From the NCBI GenBank assembly GCA_951406725.2, contig OX597833.1, positions 32,674,001 to 32,738,000 on the forward strand: a stretch of DNA of 64,000 bases, given 5' to 3'. Below are positions 38,762 to 51,784 of the stretch, one piece after another (position 1 is the first letter of the stretch; each line of letters begins with the position of its first letter). The position numbers were made by a program, and so were the translations under genes. This stretch comes from Octopus vulgaris (taxonomy: Eukaryota). The notes beneath the pieces were generated by a model. That model had not been told where the DNA came from, made no database searches, and saw only the letters and a program-made list of their open reading frames with translations.

Positions 38762-40011
38762 CTACTTACATTTCTTTGGAGATGTGGGGGGTGACCTCAC
38801 CACACGTGGATCCGTCCCCTTCTTCTCCTCTCTCTTCGCGTAACCCGGTAAATCCAAAATCTTCCATATGGCCTTCTGGTTTCTGTCCTTTAGTTCCCGG
38901 TATAGGGATTCTTCTACCCTTGCACATCTGTTCTTCAAATCATGGTGTTGGATGTACAGCATAGTCTTTTTGTGTTTTACAATGGCGTCATTTGTATACG
39001 TGTCTGTCGTATCGTATTCCACCAACATAGCATTTTTGTTTTCTTCCGGGACAGATGGGCAGGGTTTCTTTTTTGGTGTCTGTGGTGCGTTTTTTTCTGT
39101 TTTGTGTGGGGGATATGGGTGGGGAAGGTTTACGGGAACGTTTCTTTCCCACTAGTGTGAATCCACCCTCTGAAACCTCCATGGTGTTATGTGAGGGGTT
39201 GGTGGCAGTTTCTTTCGGCGCAGTGTTTTCCGTTGGTGCCGAGTCTTCCAAGAGGGCTGGGTCATTTTGTTTATGTAGGGACTTGTGCGTGCCGGGGCTG
39301 GGTTTTTCTGTGCTTTGTTTGGGGACCAGCACCTCGACAACGGGGGTGGGAGTTTTTGAGTTTGTGGGGGTTTGTGTGTTTGCGGGCCTGGTGTTTGCAA
39401 CAACTTTTTTTTTCTTCACAGTCAGCTCGAATGTGGCCCTTTTTTCCGCATTGGTAACAGGTGGGCTTACGGCCTTCCACCTGTTCCCTAAGGGCCACAT
39501 TCTCCCCAACAAGTACTCTCTCTGGTAGGGCCTGAATGTCCTCCTGTTTGCCTTGTATTAAAACCGTTATGTTCCGCCCTAACCACATCTGTGGGGCGGA
39601 ACTTGTGGTCTGTAATATGTTAATCCGGTCCGTCCTGTTAAACAACAGGCCGGCCACCACTTCTTCCGGGTCTACTGTGGGTGGGATTTCGTTAATCCTT
39701 AGACGGGATGTTCGTCGCCCCCTGTACGTTGGCAAAAGTACCACTTCCTTGGTTTTCAGGGGACACACGGCGTGCCCGCGAGCTACCTTTTCCTCTGAGA
39801 ATTGAACCTCAACGGATCCGTATGCCCGTCCCCTCGAGATATACACTATATCCCTCCATATCGGGGCCAGGCATTTTTCAATGGTTTCCTTCCCGAAGTG
39901 CTTAAACCTTTTGTCTTGTGGGCAGAAGGTTTTAAACACCACGGTCCTCTTTTCCGTTTCTAGCACGGTGGAGGAAGGCGATATCACAACATCACCTCCC
40001 TCCTCCTTCAT
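38762..40011 (-). pseudogene. Tx1-like ORF1 (RRM-like plus CCHC), frameshifted
   Basis: ORF 39271-40011 with EGRKPTCYQCGKKGHIRADC. Continues after the A-run at ~39410 into the 38988 and 38762 frames. Confidence 0.85.
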
Positions 40012-41067
40012 TCTTTAAAAATATCCATGCAGCCTGTCTGCAGAGATATCTATGTTTTCGGTTGCTACTTCTGCAACTGCCGAAAATTTTTTGGCGCAAT
40101 TGCCAACATCAACATTGCTCTCTTCAAGAGCAAATTTTTCATGTGTTATTTCAACCGACATGGTTGAAAAGTAATTGGTTTCCCACAAAACTGGGAGACC
40201 TTTCAAAAAAAGAAATTTTCCTCTCACAGAGGACAAAAGTAATTAATTTTTTAAATGCTCGCAGTCCTAGGTTCAAATCCCACCCCCGCTGGGGGGTGAG
40301 ACGTAGCAACAAAGTCTACGACGATTTGAAATTATTTTTCGCCACAACGAAATCCCCAAAAAGGGAAACCTATATTTTTTCCAAAACACGACGACAACAG
40401 TTCAAATCTCGCCCGTGCTACTGGCGTATGTCACAATAGAGCATACAATGGCTAAAATTTAATTTTTCTATAACAACAATTTGCTATCCCAAAAACGGGA
40501 AGCCTATAATATTTTTTTTCCCCTCTTAATAAGGATAACAGTTCAAATGCCACCCCCGCCGGGGGTGGGGCACGGCAATAAAGCCTACAACGGCTTTAAC
40601 AAGTTCAACAATATTAATAAATTCAATATTAATTACTTCAGTCTTACAACAATTACTTTTTCCCGTCACCGGGAAGAAAGCACAAAAATTCACAGAGTTC
40701 ACAAAAATATTCAACGACAAACGTTCAACAGCAGAAAAATTATCCACGTGCGATAACACGTGTGACTCACCGCCAAAAAAGCACGTCCGACTTCGACGAA
40801 GGTTAAGCAAGCTACTTACCACACTACCACTCCTGCGCATGATCATTTTTTAGTTGCATGTCTATCCATTTGTTGTTTGTTCATCCTTGTTATGTTTCGG
40901 GCCTATTACCCAATATCTTCTTTTGTTGCTGGTACCACCTCAAGAAAACAATATTATCGTTAAAGGGGCGAAACTGCGCTTGACCTCCGGCCGATAACTG
41001 ATGTGAACGATGAGAATTTAGTGACTTTTGTGCCTGTTTTCCGTTTGGTCTTGCACTTATTATATTC

Positions 41068-41448
41068 TTTTATTCTTTTGTTTCAGTCATTTGACTGTGG
41101 CCATGCTGGAGCACCGCCTTTAGACGAACAAATCGACCTCAGGATTTATTCTTTGTAAGCCTAGTATTTATTCTATCGGTCTCTTTTCTCGAACTGCTAG
41201 CTTACGGGGACGTAAACACAACAACATCTGTTGTCAAGCGATGGTGGGGGAACAAACACAGACACACAAACATAACCACACACACACACACATACGGCCA
41301 TACACATACAACGGCTTCTTTCAGTGTCCGTCTACCAAATCCACTCACAAGGTTTTGATCTGCCGGAGACTATAGTAGGAGACGTTTACCCAAGGTGCCA
41401 CGTAGAGGGGTTGAACCTGGAACCATATGGTTAGTAAGCAAGCTACTT
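41068..41448 (-). mobile_element. SINE family A body; its 5' tip is displaced to 43568-43598
   Basis: Ends GTAAGCAAGCTACTT. The head resumes at 43568 with GTAAGCAAGCTACTTACCACACAGCCAC. Confidence 0.9.
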
Positions 41449-43567
41449 TATTTCAAAAAATTTTGCCATAAAGGCATGATACAGAGTAGCTTGCGGGCTG
41501 GATAGAAACATTGATGAGATGAATGATGAAATAAAATGATATAAATGGGAGAAGACAAAAAATGCCCGCCGATTTTTTATTTTCTAAAACATTATCTTTT
41601 ACACAAAAAACAAACCGAGGTATTGAACCTCTTACTTCCGTTTTATAATTATTGGACTTGATAGTCCATTTACAAATTAAAACATTATTATTTTTTTACA
41701 CAAAAAACAAAACGAAGTATTGAACCTCTTACTTCCGTTTTTCAATTTTTGGACTTAATAGTCCATTTACAAATTGAAATGCTGAGCCTCTTACACACTT
41801 AAACATTATAACACTGAGGCTTTTCAACCTCTTGTCAATTTTCCTCCTTAACGTCGTTTGTGCCCATATACTCCGCCATTACACACGCCTCGTTTAAAAC
41901 CAATGCGGGCTCCGGGTCGGCGTCGCCTGGCCACAAGCGATATTCCTCTTTGAGTCCCTGCAGCCTACGCATCACGGGCAATGTTATGGCCTCCACAGCT
42001 ATCTGCGGAGGCATTCAGGTTCCCGTGTGAAAGTCAAATGTACTCTCATATAGTGTTTTTCCACCACCTTTTCCACCTCTCCACCTCTGTAGAAGAAGAC
42101 CAATTATTTGTCTTCCTCCGGGGTCGATGTAGTCAATTCTACAGTTGGCAGCACAATTCCCGCCAACGGTGTCTCTTCCTTTACCGATGAGGTTTCAGGA
42201 CATTCCAGTGCTATGTCACCGACTGTTGGCAATGTCCTGTTTTTCTTCCTGTTCCTCACTTTTTTCTCCTCAACTAGGGGAGGGTGCGTCTCCTCCGTAA
42301 CCAAGAGAATCGCCTCCTCTCCCTTCCCTCTTCCGTAGGATCCAACGGTGAGCACTCATTATTGCTCACCTTCTTCCTCTTGCGGCCCTTCTTTGAGGAG
42401 TCCTCCGCCTCCTCGGTCGCCTTCGTTCCTTCTTCTACAGAAGTCTCTATCAACTGCTCCAGGATTTTGCTTTGTTCCTGAGGACAGTTTTTCTTTATAT
42501 GGCCAGGCTCCAGGCACCGATGACACCTGGTGGGGCGACCCTCAAGAATTACCGGGTACCTGCACCCGGCCATCCTCGTAAAATGTGGAAAAACCAGATT
42601 ATCGGCTGATTAGGTCCACAGGGTCAAAACTGCTTTCGACCCTACCCAATCAGCCGCAGGTAGAATTTTGACATTTAAGAGCTTGGCTCTGCTGCCACCC
42701 AGACCCCGACGGATAGTGTCTTCTATCCATTCGGACTCTATTCTGGGTGGCAGCCCACACACCCAAGCTCTTGTCAACTTCCTCCCATCATATGTGGGAA
42801 GAAACAGAATTTTCTCCCCTTCCAAGAGATGGCTCGCAAAATCTCGAACCTCCCCATGGGTGTCAAACAGCAACTACACCATTGCATATTTGACACCCCT
42901 TGCAATAAACTTAATAGTTGGCAGATATTCTGCCAACTCCTTTTCAATGTCCGCCTGAGAGAATACAGTGATGGTGTCAATCTCTCATTAAAGTCTTTTT
43001 CCCCACTGCTTGTGGGCCACAATTTGCCACTCCAATACAATTTTTTTTGTTGCCATGCTTGCAAAAGAAAAATAAAGAAAAATGTTCAACACAAAATCCA
43101 AAACGTTCCAAATAAAAGGTCGAATAAAAACACAAAAAATAAGAGAAGGACAGAGCAGAGAAAGAGAACGAAAGGAAGACAGTTCAATTCACGACAACAC
43201 AATTCCGCCACTCGTGTAAGCCACAAGAAAACATATACTCCAGTTCACGGTCGCAGCACACAAAAATTCCTCCACGAATTCATAAATTTTCCAAATTTTT
43301 GTATCGAGACACGCCTACCAAAACAACAATTCTCACAGCTGAGTCACTCGGCGCGACCGCAGCAGACAAATGTCTAGGACCCAGTGAGGATTTCTTATTC
43401 GAGAAAAAAACAATATCAAAAAAATAATAATTCTCCACCGAATCCCTAAAAAGACAGATGTTTACCTTGCAGTCGCGCCTTCAATGGTTCTTTAATTCAA
43501 GACGGCTTCCAAGCACGTCTTGACAGTGTTCACTCTCGTAAGTGACTGACAAACTCACGCATGTGTG
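41449..43567 (-). mobile_element. ORF1-only Tx1-related non-autonomous LINE (HAL1-like)
   Basis: 15-bp TSD. ORF1 fragments FLPTYDGRK..GLPP and EGRPTRCHRCLEPGHIKKNC. No APE/RT. 3' end similar to that of the 35149 element. Confidence 0.82.
41586..41780. repeat. Two ~95-bp tandem units in the 3'UTR of the ORF1-only element
   Basis: TTTACACAAAAAACAAA..GTATTGAACCTCTTACTTCCGTTTT..ATAGTCCATTTACAAATT occurs twice. Confidence 0.85.
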
Positions 43568-43636
43568 GTAAGCAAGCTACTTACCACACAGCCACACCTT
43601 TGTTTTTTGAACTTATACATACATATATATATATAT

Positions 43637-43696
<60 letters not shown>

Positions 43697-44589
43697 AGAC
43701 ACACACACATGCATACATGCATGCATATTTGCCTGTGTGCGCGCGGGCATGATTGCGTGTCTGCACGCTAATGAAATTTGTTTCATTTCAAGCTATATAT
43801 TTTATTCATGTAAATATTTAATAATTTAAAAAATCTCATTATCTTTATGACGTCCAAAATGTTAGTGTTATTAGTAGGGCGATAAATTTAACAATGAACT
43901 TTCTTTGTTACGTGTATAATTTTATTCTAAAAAATATATAAAAACTGAATAGACAGGTCACCAGAAAAACATTAACAAAACTAAAATCAACATAACAGTA
44001 AATAACGGCAGCATTAATACACCTTTGTTTGGCATACTAGAAACAGTAGCACAATCTCCCTCACATGCCAATCTGTTTTCCTAAAAATGTACACATAGAA
44101 AAATGTAGTCCCACATATTCCAGTAAAACGGGATGGTTATAACTCGAATGTGATTGATTTGATGAAATATAAGGATAAATAAAAAGAACACGTACGTGAA
44201 CAACAACGACAGCAACAACAATAACAACGTTTACAATATCAACTTGAACAAGAATAGTAATATTTTTCCATTCTTTAGCTGACAACTTTTGTAAAATTTG
44301 ATTGATCATGTGATCATATGATTTTGAGTGATCATGTGTTATCAAAAGCCAGTTTTTGTTATCAAAATTCTCTTTTTGTTTACTATCGCCAAACATTGAC
44401 TAAGTAACAAATATATCATTCTGTGACAATCGTTCCCATCTCTGTGCTCTCTTAAATACATTTAACATAATGCATGTGAGAATATGGTGAGCAGTCTAAA
44501 GGAGAAGATGATCTTGATACAAAGAGCCTGTAACCTGCTTTCGAATTCCAATAGAAATCTGTACACCTAGCATGTTTATTTAGTCTTGG

Positions 44590-44800
44590 TAGATTGACAG
44601 AATCGTTACAACGTCAGACGATATGCCTTGCGGTGTTTGTTCCAACTCTTTATGTTCTGAGTTTAAATAGTATCCATGTCAACTTCGCCTTTTATTCTCC
44701 TCGGGTCGATATAAACAACTATATCAGTTAAGTACTGAGGTCAATGGTAACTGCCAACCCTCTCCTCTTACAAATGCTGATTTTGTACCTAAACTAGAGA
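44590..44800 (+). mobile_element. Degenerate SINE family B
   Basis: CAGAATCGTTA..GTTCTGAGTTTAAAT..CGGGTCGATA. Confidence 0.6.
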
Positions 44801-45229
44801 TAATTATGATTAGTGTGGAATGAATAAAATTGGTTGTAGAGCTTGCTAATTCATAAGAGCAGCTAATAAAGCAGAAAAGGAGGAAAAGAGAAAGGGTGAA
44901 ACTAAACAAAGAGAAGGGATGAAAGGAAATAAAGAGAAATCAATACTTCCTGCAATCCAGTATTTATAGCGACAGCAGCAATTCTTCAATCACTGGTTTG
45001 CTATATCAGTAGTGGCTGACTTTGTCTTAGCATGCACTTGCTAGTAGATACTTTCTACTGACGAAGCTCGAGAATCAGATATACGTAGTTTTCAAAACTA
45101 GTACCTCTGCAGGACGATTCGTACCATTATACTTCTATTAGAGAAAGTTACTTGATGTGAATATAACAGATTGTTATTGTAAGCGCGCGGACACGGACAC
45201 ACATACACACACTCATGTGTCTATGTATA

Positions 45230-45453
45230 TACTCTCTTTTACTCTTTTATTTGTTTCAGTCATTTGACTGCGACCATGCTGGAGCACCGCCTTTAATCGA
45301 ACAACTTGACCCCGGGACTTATTCTTTGTAAGCCCAGTACTTATTCTATTGGCTATAGTAGAAATCACTTGCCCAAGGTGCTACGCAGTGGGACTGAACC
45401 CGGAACCATGTGGTTGGTTAGCAAGCTTCTTACCACACAGCCACTCCTGCGCC
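45230..45453 (-). mobile_element. SINE family A, internally deleted, intact head
   Basis: Tail joined to head. Shows the empty target site GCAAGCTTCTTACCACACAGCC. Confidence 0.85.
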
Positions 45454-46749
45454 TATGTATCTTCAAAAATCATATAGAAGTACAAACAAACGGAACAAAC
45501 GGAAAATACATGCAAAGAAAGTCGCTAAATACTTAGCAGTTATCGTCCTAGGGAAAATAACACTTTCCTGCCTGTAACAACAATATTGTTCCCCTTTGGT
45601 GGTGACAGCGACGGGAAGCTGCTGAGAAATAGCGAATAAACAAACAAGGGGCCAGACACGACAGAATGTGAACATACAAGCAAGATGAAATAAATACAAA
45701 CAAAATAATATTGAAGACGGAACGAATAGCGTACGGACAAGAGACAGAGACGAAAACAAACACGACGGAATGTGGACATACAAGCAAAACGAAATAAATA
45801 AACAGAATAAAGCCTTACGGCTCAGACATGAGGCGAATATATGGGCAACACAAGGAAAAGTTTCGTAAAAGATTGTAAATGAAAAGAAGAGCGTTTTTGT
45901 TTATTTTCCATTTTCTTGTATCTTTTTTATTCTCTGTGTATGGTATATATATTTTGTTGAGCATTATGCTTGGTTACATGTAATGTACTTTTCTGTTGAC
46001 TGTGGGAGATAATAGATTTTTAAGTGATACTGTTAGTGTCTCACTTTTGAACCAGGTTTGATGTACTCGCGGTAGTTACGCAGTTATGTATTGCGTATGG
46101 CTAAAGTAACTGAGAAACCGACTGCGCATCAGAGTGCGTGTATGTTTTCTTATGGTGGGATGACTAGACCGTATGAGCTAAAGTGTGTGGGTGAGAAGAT
46201 AGATTCTTGCAGGACGTTCTTCTGTAAATTAGATATTATAGATGTATTATTGTACATTAAATAGATAGCGTTTCTTGTTTCGTTTATAAATGTTTGAAGA
46301 GGAACTGAACCAAAATCTTTGTCTATTATTGATGGTAGTTAAGATGGTGTGTGAATGTTCTTTTTTTTTTGCTGAAGCTGTTACGTATTATTTTGATATG
46401 TTTTTGCAGAATGCAGTCATCTAAAAACATGTTGTGAGTTGTAGTGAACCATGTATTCGCAGGTGATAAGATTATCAAGTAAGAATATCAATAAGATTTT
46501 GAAAGCCATGATTCTAACTATTGTTGTATGCATTTTCCAAGCGTTTTTCCGGTGACGAAAATACACGAAACCAATGCACACCTCTCAGAAACCGGTCTAA
46601 GGGTAGTGGAAATTGGTAGAGGATCACAGAGATGTTAAAGCATTCAAGTCCACTAGCTAACAGAATAAATACAGTTACATCTCTCGAGCTCCAGATGTTA
46701 GAGACACCCAGAAACTTAGCTGGCTTCCCAGACCACTTCCAATTCAAAG

Positions 46750-46848
46750 AATAATAACAAATTCCAACAGAGAAAGAGCCAATTTCTAACTTAGATTCAA
46801 GGTCCTTTCAATGGAATTTCAACAACATCAACAGGGTATTACTGCACG

Positions 46849-46889
<41 letters not shown>

Positions 46890-49710
46890 GTAGTGATCCT
46901 ATAACGGTGCGCGCGCGCGCACCGTCCATTTTCTATTTCGCGCGTGCGAGTGTTGGTGCCTTCACCAAGGCACAGAAAGGAAGGGCCCTCTCGCGCATGC
47001 GCGAACCACCGGAAGAACCCTTTTGCCTACGTGGCAGTTAGCGAGGCAAGGGGGTCGTAGAACGTTTGACCACTGGCAGCAGTCAGCGGGGACTTGGGAC
47101 GGCAGCGACTGAAGGCGACGGTCACGATATATTTTCTCTCCGTTCGAACTTGATTCTAGCAGCACCATACCAAAAGGCCTTTAACCAAATTGTTGCAGAC
47201 CAACATCGTCTCCATTGTTCGACGCCATCTTTAACCCGTTCTGTTTTTAGCGGCTGAACATTGTAAATATTACAATCGATTAACTTTCAGCCTTGCGCGC
47301 CCAGAACCAAGGACATCAGATAACCACTTATTGTTACTGTTACCAAGAAAGAGAATAAAGTAGTATATATATCTTTTACGTCTGCGTCTTGTTGTTTCTG
47401 ACTGGTAGAATTCTGGATTATTAAAGCAACGGCTAGTGATTGCTTTTCTTGTACCCCGAAAGTACAAGAGACGAGTATATTCACTAAGTTCGTTACACAT
47501 ATATATGTACAGTATTTGGAGTCAGTGCATGAGCGGATTTGTAAGTTTTGTTTTGTGTATGTATTTTCATGCCTATAGTTGCATATCAAGACATGTTCAT
47601 TTATACTTAAATGATAAACTCCTGGAAAGTTTTACAGATTTTTACACTTCGAGTGATGGTTTGGATCTATAATCTTCGAATCAGCTTCCTCCTTTCTGGC
47701 TTCGGGAAGCCTAGTTTCTCAAGGTTGGTACTTAGGCAGTGTGTTACATACTCCAGTACCCCAATAATTACAAGTATAAGCATGAACTTGTAATCTGAGT
47801 AGAGTAACTGCAGATTACTCAATAGTTCAGCATAGGTATTTTATTTTTCGCTGATCTTTAGCTTTATGTTAACATCCGCTGCTCAGTGGATTTCCACAAC
47901 TGGACAAAGTTTCCCTTCTCTATCCCAAATCACTATGTCAAGCCTACTATATTTACATTTTGTTGAGTTATTCACAGGAACATGCAACCAGTACTCCTTA
48001 TTATGAGTGGCTATGGCTTTTACCATACTGTGGGTTCTTATTTCATTAACTTTAAGGTTATCTTTCCGACGGATCTCATTATACAGTGTCTTAGCCACAA
48101 CATTATGTCTCATCAGTAGATAATACCATGGTAAGATTTTCGGACAATTGCTTATGATGTGGGTGATATCTCCGATGTTATCTTCACAAAATCTAGATAG
48201 GTTATCATATTTTGATACTTCTCCTGCATCTCTATCCTTTTTCTGCATCAGGCATTTGGTTGATATTTCTTATTCCTGGATTGCAAATGCATACCCTTCA
48301 AAGTGGGAGTAATCCGGTTGTTGGTCCATGGTAGACTACTTTGAGGTTCAATGTTACTGCCATCCCGGAGCTTTCCGCTAACATATCCATACATGATCTT
48401 CTGCTGATATGCGCTCGTCCTTCATATGATATGTTGTAGTAGAGTCTTGTGACTTCTCTGGGCATGAATTTAAGGTTGTTAGACAAGAAATGCTGCTCAA
48501 GGAGCTGCTTTACAAGTCGCATGTTATCAACCTCATGTATGCAAACTTGGTGAAGGAATGTGCTTCGACACTTGGTGGTTAAAAGATGTCACTGAAAGTA
48601 TATGATACGACATTGAAAGACAGGCTGGATCGATGTTAAGCCTCTGCCGCCTTCTTTTCGTTTTAGGTAGAAGCAGTCTACGGCACCGTTTATGTGGAAA
48701 TAATGTGTGCTTGTTATTGTCTTCCGGGTGGTGTTTACATCAATGGCTCGGATCTCATCAAGCGTTCCATTCAAGTAACCCAAATGTTGGTATGAGTACT
48801 GACACTGCAAACTCATTGTGGGCCACTGTTTTATTGAATGCAGAGAGTTCCGAGGTGCATATTTTCTTTATTCGACTGTAATATTCTTTTGTGACATGTG
48901 TCTTGTTACAGATGTCGTAGTAACATATGTTTTCATCAACCCTTAGATATCTGTAACATTTGTTACCAGATATAGAGAAACAGTTAAGTCATTGATGGAG
49001 ATGCTGCTAGTCTGGTGTACAGTTTTCCATCTTTTTATAACCATTTGGCAACATATATCCTGACCAAAATCGAACCCTATATCCATTGAGAATGTAACAA
49101 GGTCAAGGCTCTTTTTCATCTCATATGTATTCTTGGCAAATAGTTTCAAGGCATCCACTAAAAAAGTGTGTAATTTTGGTATTTCTGTTTCCTTGTAGTT
49201 TTTTTTTTATATATGTGCGTTAGTTCTGCTTTTGGGTATCAGGCCAGAGTTAACCAGTGTAGTATGCTTCTATTCCCATTGCGAGCTTACTGGTATAGGT
49301 TGATAAGATATTGTCGGTTGATGGTTAGCTTCTTGTACCAGTATCCAACAATCAACTCTCTTCCTCTGATGTCGGAGTTTCTCACTGTCAGATTGTAGCT
49401 CCTGCTTGAGGTTGATCAGTTTGCAATTGAGTGTTTTTTTTTACTATCTCCAAACATTAATTCTATCTCCTTCTCTTCATATATCTGATGTTCTTCCTTA
49501 AATCAGTTATCTTTTTCTCTGTTTTCAAAACCCATGATGACACTTTCTTCGTTGTTTCGGTGTTATATACTTTTTGCATGTCGTTTATATATTGCTTTGC
49601 GGTAGTAGACAAGGCACATATACGTTGATCTGTAGTTTCTTTTAATGTCCAGGGTAAGGCGGAGAATTTGCATTGTTTATACCAAATGTGGATCATCTCT
49701 ACAAATGTTC
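46750..49710 (-). mobile_element. Second R4/Dong-like RLE LINE relic
   Basis: Colinear with 5591-7290 (RFC..THIISNC, RHN, DIVIWD..VEI, DCFYLKRKEGGRGLTSI, DALKLFAK). Interrupted by a solo LTR. Confidence 0.88.
46889..47497. mobile_element. Solo LTR
   Basis: TGTA...TACA termini, 4-bp TSD CATA (46885-46888 / 47498-47501), AATAAA near 47354. Absent from the homologous LINE copy at ~5700. Confidence 0.8.
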
Positions 49711-50171
49711 ATGTATATGTATGTGTAGCATTAGGATGTTCTAACTTTGCGTATACATTATTTAAATTTGTAAATATTGTACTAAAGTTTTTTTCCTGCA
49801 GAACTTCATTTCATCAAAAAATTCTCTTCAAATTGAATGTTTGAAAGAAAAGCGGAGACAGTACAATTTGTATTCTAAATATAACTCAAAGAGGAGAAAA
49901 AGAAAGAAAAGAGGAGAGGAAGGAGAAAAAAGAGGGAAATAAAGCAAAAAGAATTTCAGTGATGACCATACCACATCTGTTTTCTCTACATTTTTCATGA
50001 AGAGGTTACAATCCTTAAACCCATTTCAATACAATGGTAAATGACTAAATAAATAAATGATTAGTGAATAGGAAGGGGGATCCCCTTCTCCTCTCTGTCT
50101 GTCTTTGACAAGTTCAAGAAAGGAACAACAGTGCAATTAATGAATAAATAAAAAGATTTTTTCCGAAATTC

Positions 50172-50281
50172 TGGTGACATTTTTTCTCAGTATTCAATAT
50201 CTGTACACCACATCTAACACTATATATATATGGTGTTAGATGTGGTGTACAGACATTGAATATTGAGAAAAAAGGTCACCA
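50172..50281. repeat. Short foldback (~50 bp arms around (TA)n)
   Basis: TGGTGACATTTTTTCTCAGTATTCAATATCTGTACACCACATCTAACAC and its near-exact reverse complement. Confidence 0.9.
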
Positions 50282-50287
50282 TATATA

Positions 50288-50695
50288 TTCTCTTTTACTC
50301 TTTTATTTGTTTCAGTCATTTGACTGTGGCCATGCCAGAGCACCGCCTTTAGTCGAGCAAATCGATCCCAGGACTTATTCTTTGTAATGCTAGTACTTAT
50401 TCTATCGGTCTCTTTTACCGAAGCGCTAAGTTACGGGGACGTAAACATACTAGCATCCGTTGCCAAGCGATGTTGGGGAACACAAAACCGACATACAAAC
50501 ATATACACACACATACATATATAAGTATATATATATATATACGATGGGGTTCTTTCAGTTTCCGTCTACCAAATCCCCTCAAAATGCTTTGGTCAGCCTG
50601 AGGCTATAGTAGAAGACACTTGCCCAAGGTGCCACGCAGTGTGACTATACTCGGAACCATGTGGTTGGTAAGCAAGCTACTTACCACACCACCAG
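50288..50695 (-). mobile_element. SINE family A, uninterrupted
   Basis: Nearly full match to the family. Empty target GGTAAGCAAGCTACTTACCACAC. Confidence 0.88.
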
Positions 50696-50697
50696 TC

Positions 50698-50739
<42 letters not shown>

Positions 50740-50949
50740 ATGATTGATGTCAAACGTGCACTGATATACCAACATCAAACCACGACAGGTGTGACCTTTC
50801 GTGACTGGTCGAGGTTTACAGTAATAAAATTCCACTTTCTTCAACTTCTCTCATTCAAACTCCAAATGCTTGATGATTAGCGCCATGCTTTAAACTCGGA
50901 GTACCAGTGAATTTGAAACAAACATTTTGGTCCATATAGCTACACACAA

Positions 50950-50981
<32 letters not shown>

Positions 50982-51076
50982 GCATATATATAAATATATA
51001 TCTATATATATGCATATATATATACATAGATATATATATAAACACATATATATATGCATATATATATGTATATATA

Positions 51077-51110
<34 letters not shown>

Positions 51111-51126
51111 TATACATATGTGTTTA

Positions 51127-51490
51127 TATAGGTGATTCAAAAGTCGCCATACATAGGAACAATATATCTTTTTATAAGAAATACAGTATATAAGAACAGT
51201 GTTTCTATTTAACAGGCTCTATATTGTTACCATTGTTTTGAATACACATTGCAATACGTTTACACCACTCATTGTGACCCCGTAATAGCACATCTGGTGA
51301 TATGCGTGGAAATGAGTTGGTGATGCGTTCCTTCAAATGAATTATGTCTTTTATCTTTCCATGATAGACCAAGCCTTTCAAATGCTCCTAAATATAGAAA
51401 TCAAGAGGGGTCAGATCAGGGAACCTAGGGAATCGCATAAACTTATAAAAAATAAATTTTCCTATGTATGGATACTTTTGAATCACCATG
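51127..51490 (-). mobile_element. Tc3-like deletion derivative (MITE-size)
   Basis: TIRs GGTGATTCAAAAGT..CCATACATAGGAA / TTCCTATGTATGG..ACTTTTGAATCACC. Remnant PRFPDLTPLDF on the minus strand. Confidence 0.78.
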
Positions 51491-51746
51491 TATACAAGAA
51501 AAAATGGTATTAAAAAATCCTGGCAGATTTCAAGTAAGCACTCAGTATATAACAATAAGGTTAAATTTCCAACAAGTAGATATTAGTAAATGTATGTAGA
51601 ATACAAATCCCAGGTAAATCCAACATCCTTATGCTGAGCTTTAAGAAATTCAGAGTATTAATAACAATCAATAATATGTACGAAGAAAATCATATTTTTA
51701 TTTTAGATGACACCTTAATAATCCCAAAATTGTTTCACTTGCATTA

Positions 51747-51769
<23 letters not shown>

Positions 51770-51784
<15 letters not shown>

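Larger units (their letters stand above)
35149..40805 (-). mobile_element. Full-length L1/Tx1-clade LINE
   Basis: ORF1 with CCHC knuckle, ORF2 with APE, RT and CCHC, ~800 bp 5'UTR, and TSD AGCAAGCTACTT (35137-35148 / 40806-40817). Confidence 0.93.

Noticed and set aside
45470-46640. Possible PLE 5' region or unknown repeat, similar in style to 34340-34760
   Set aside because: No motif could be read with confidence.
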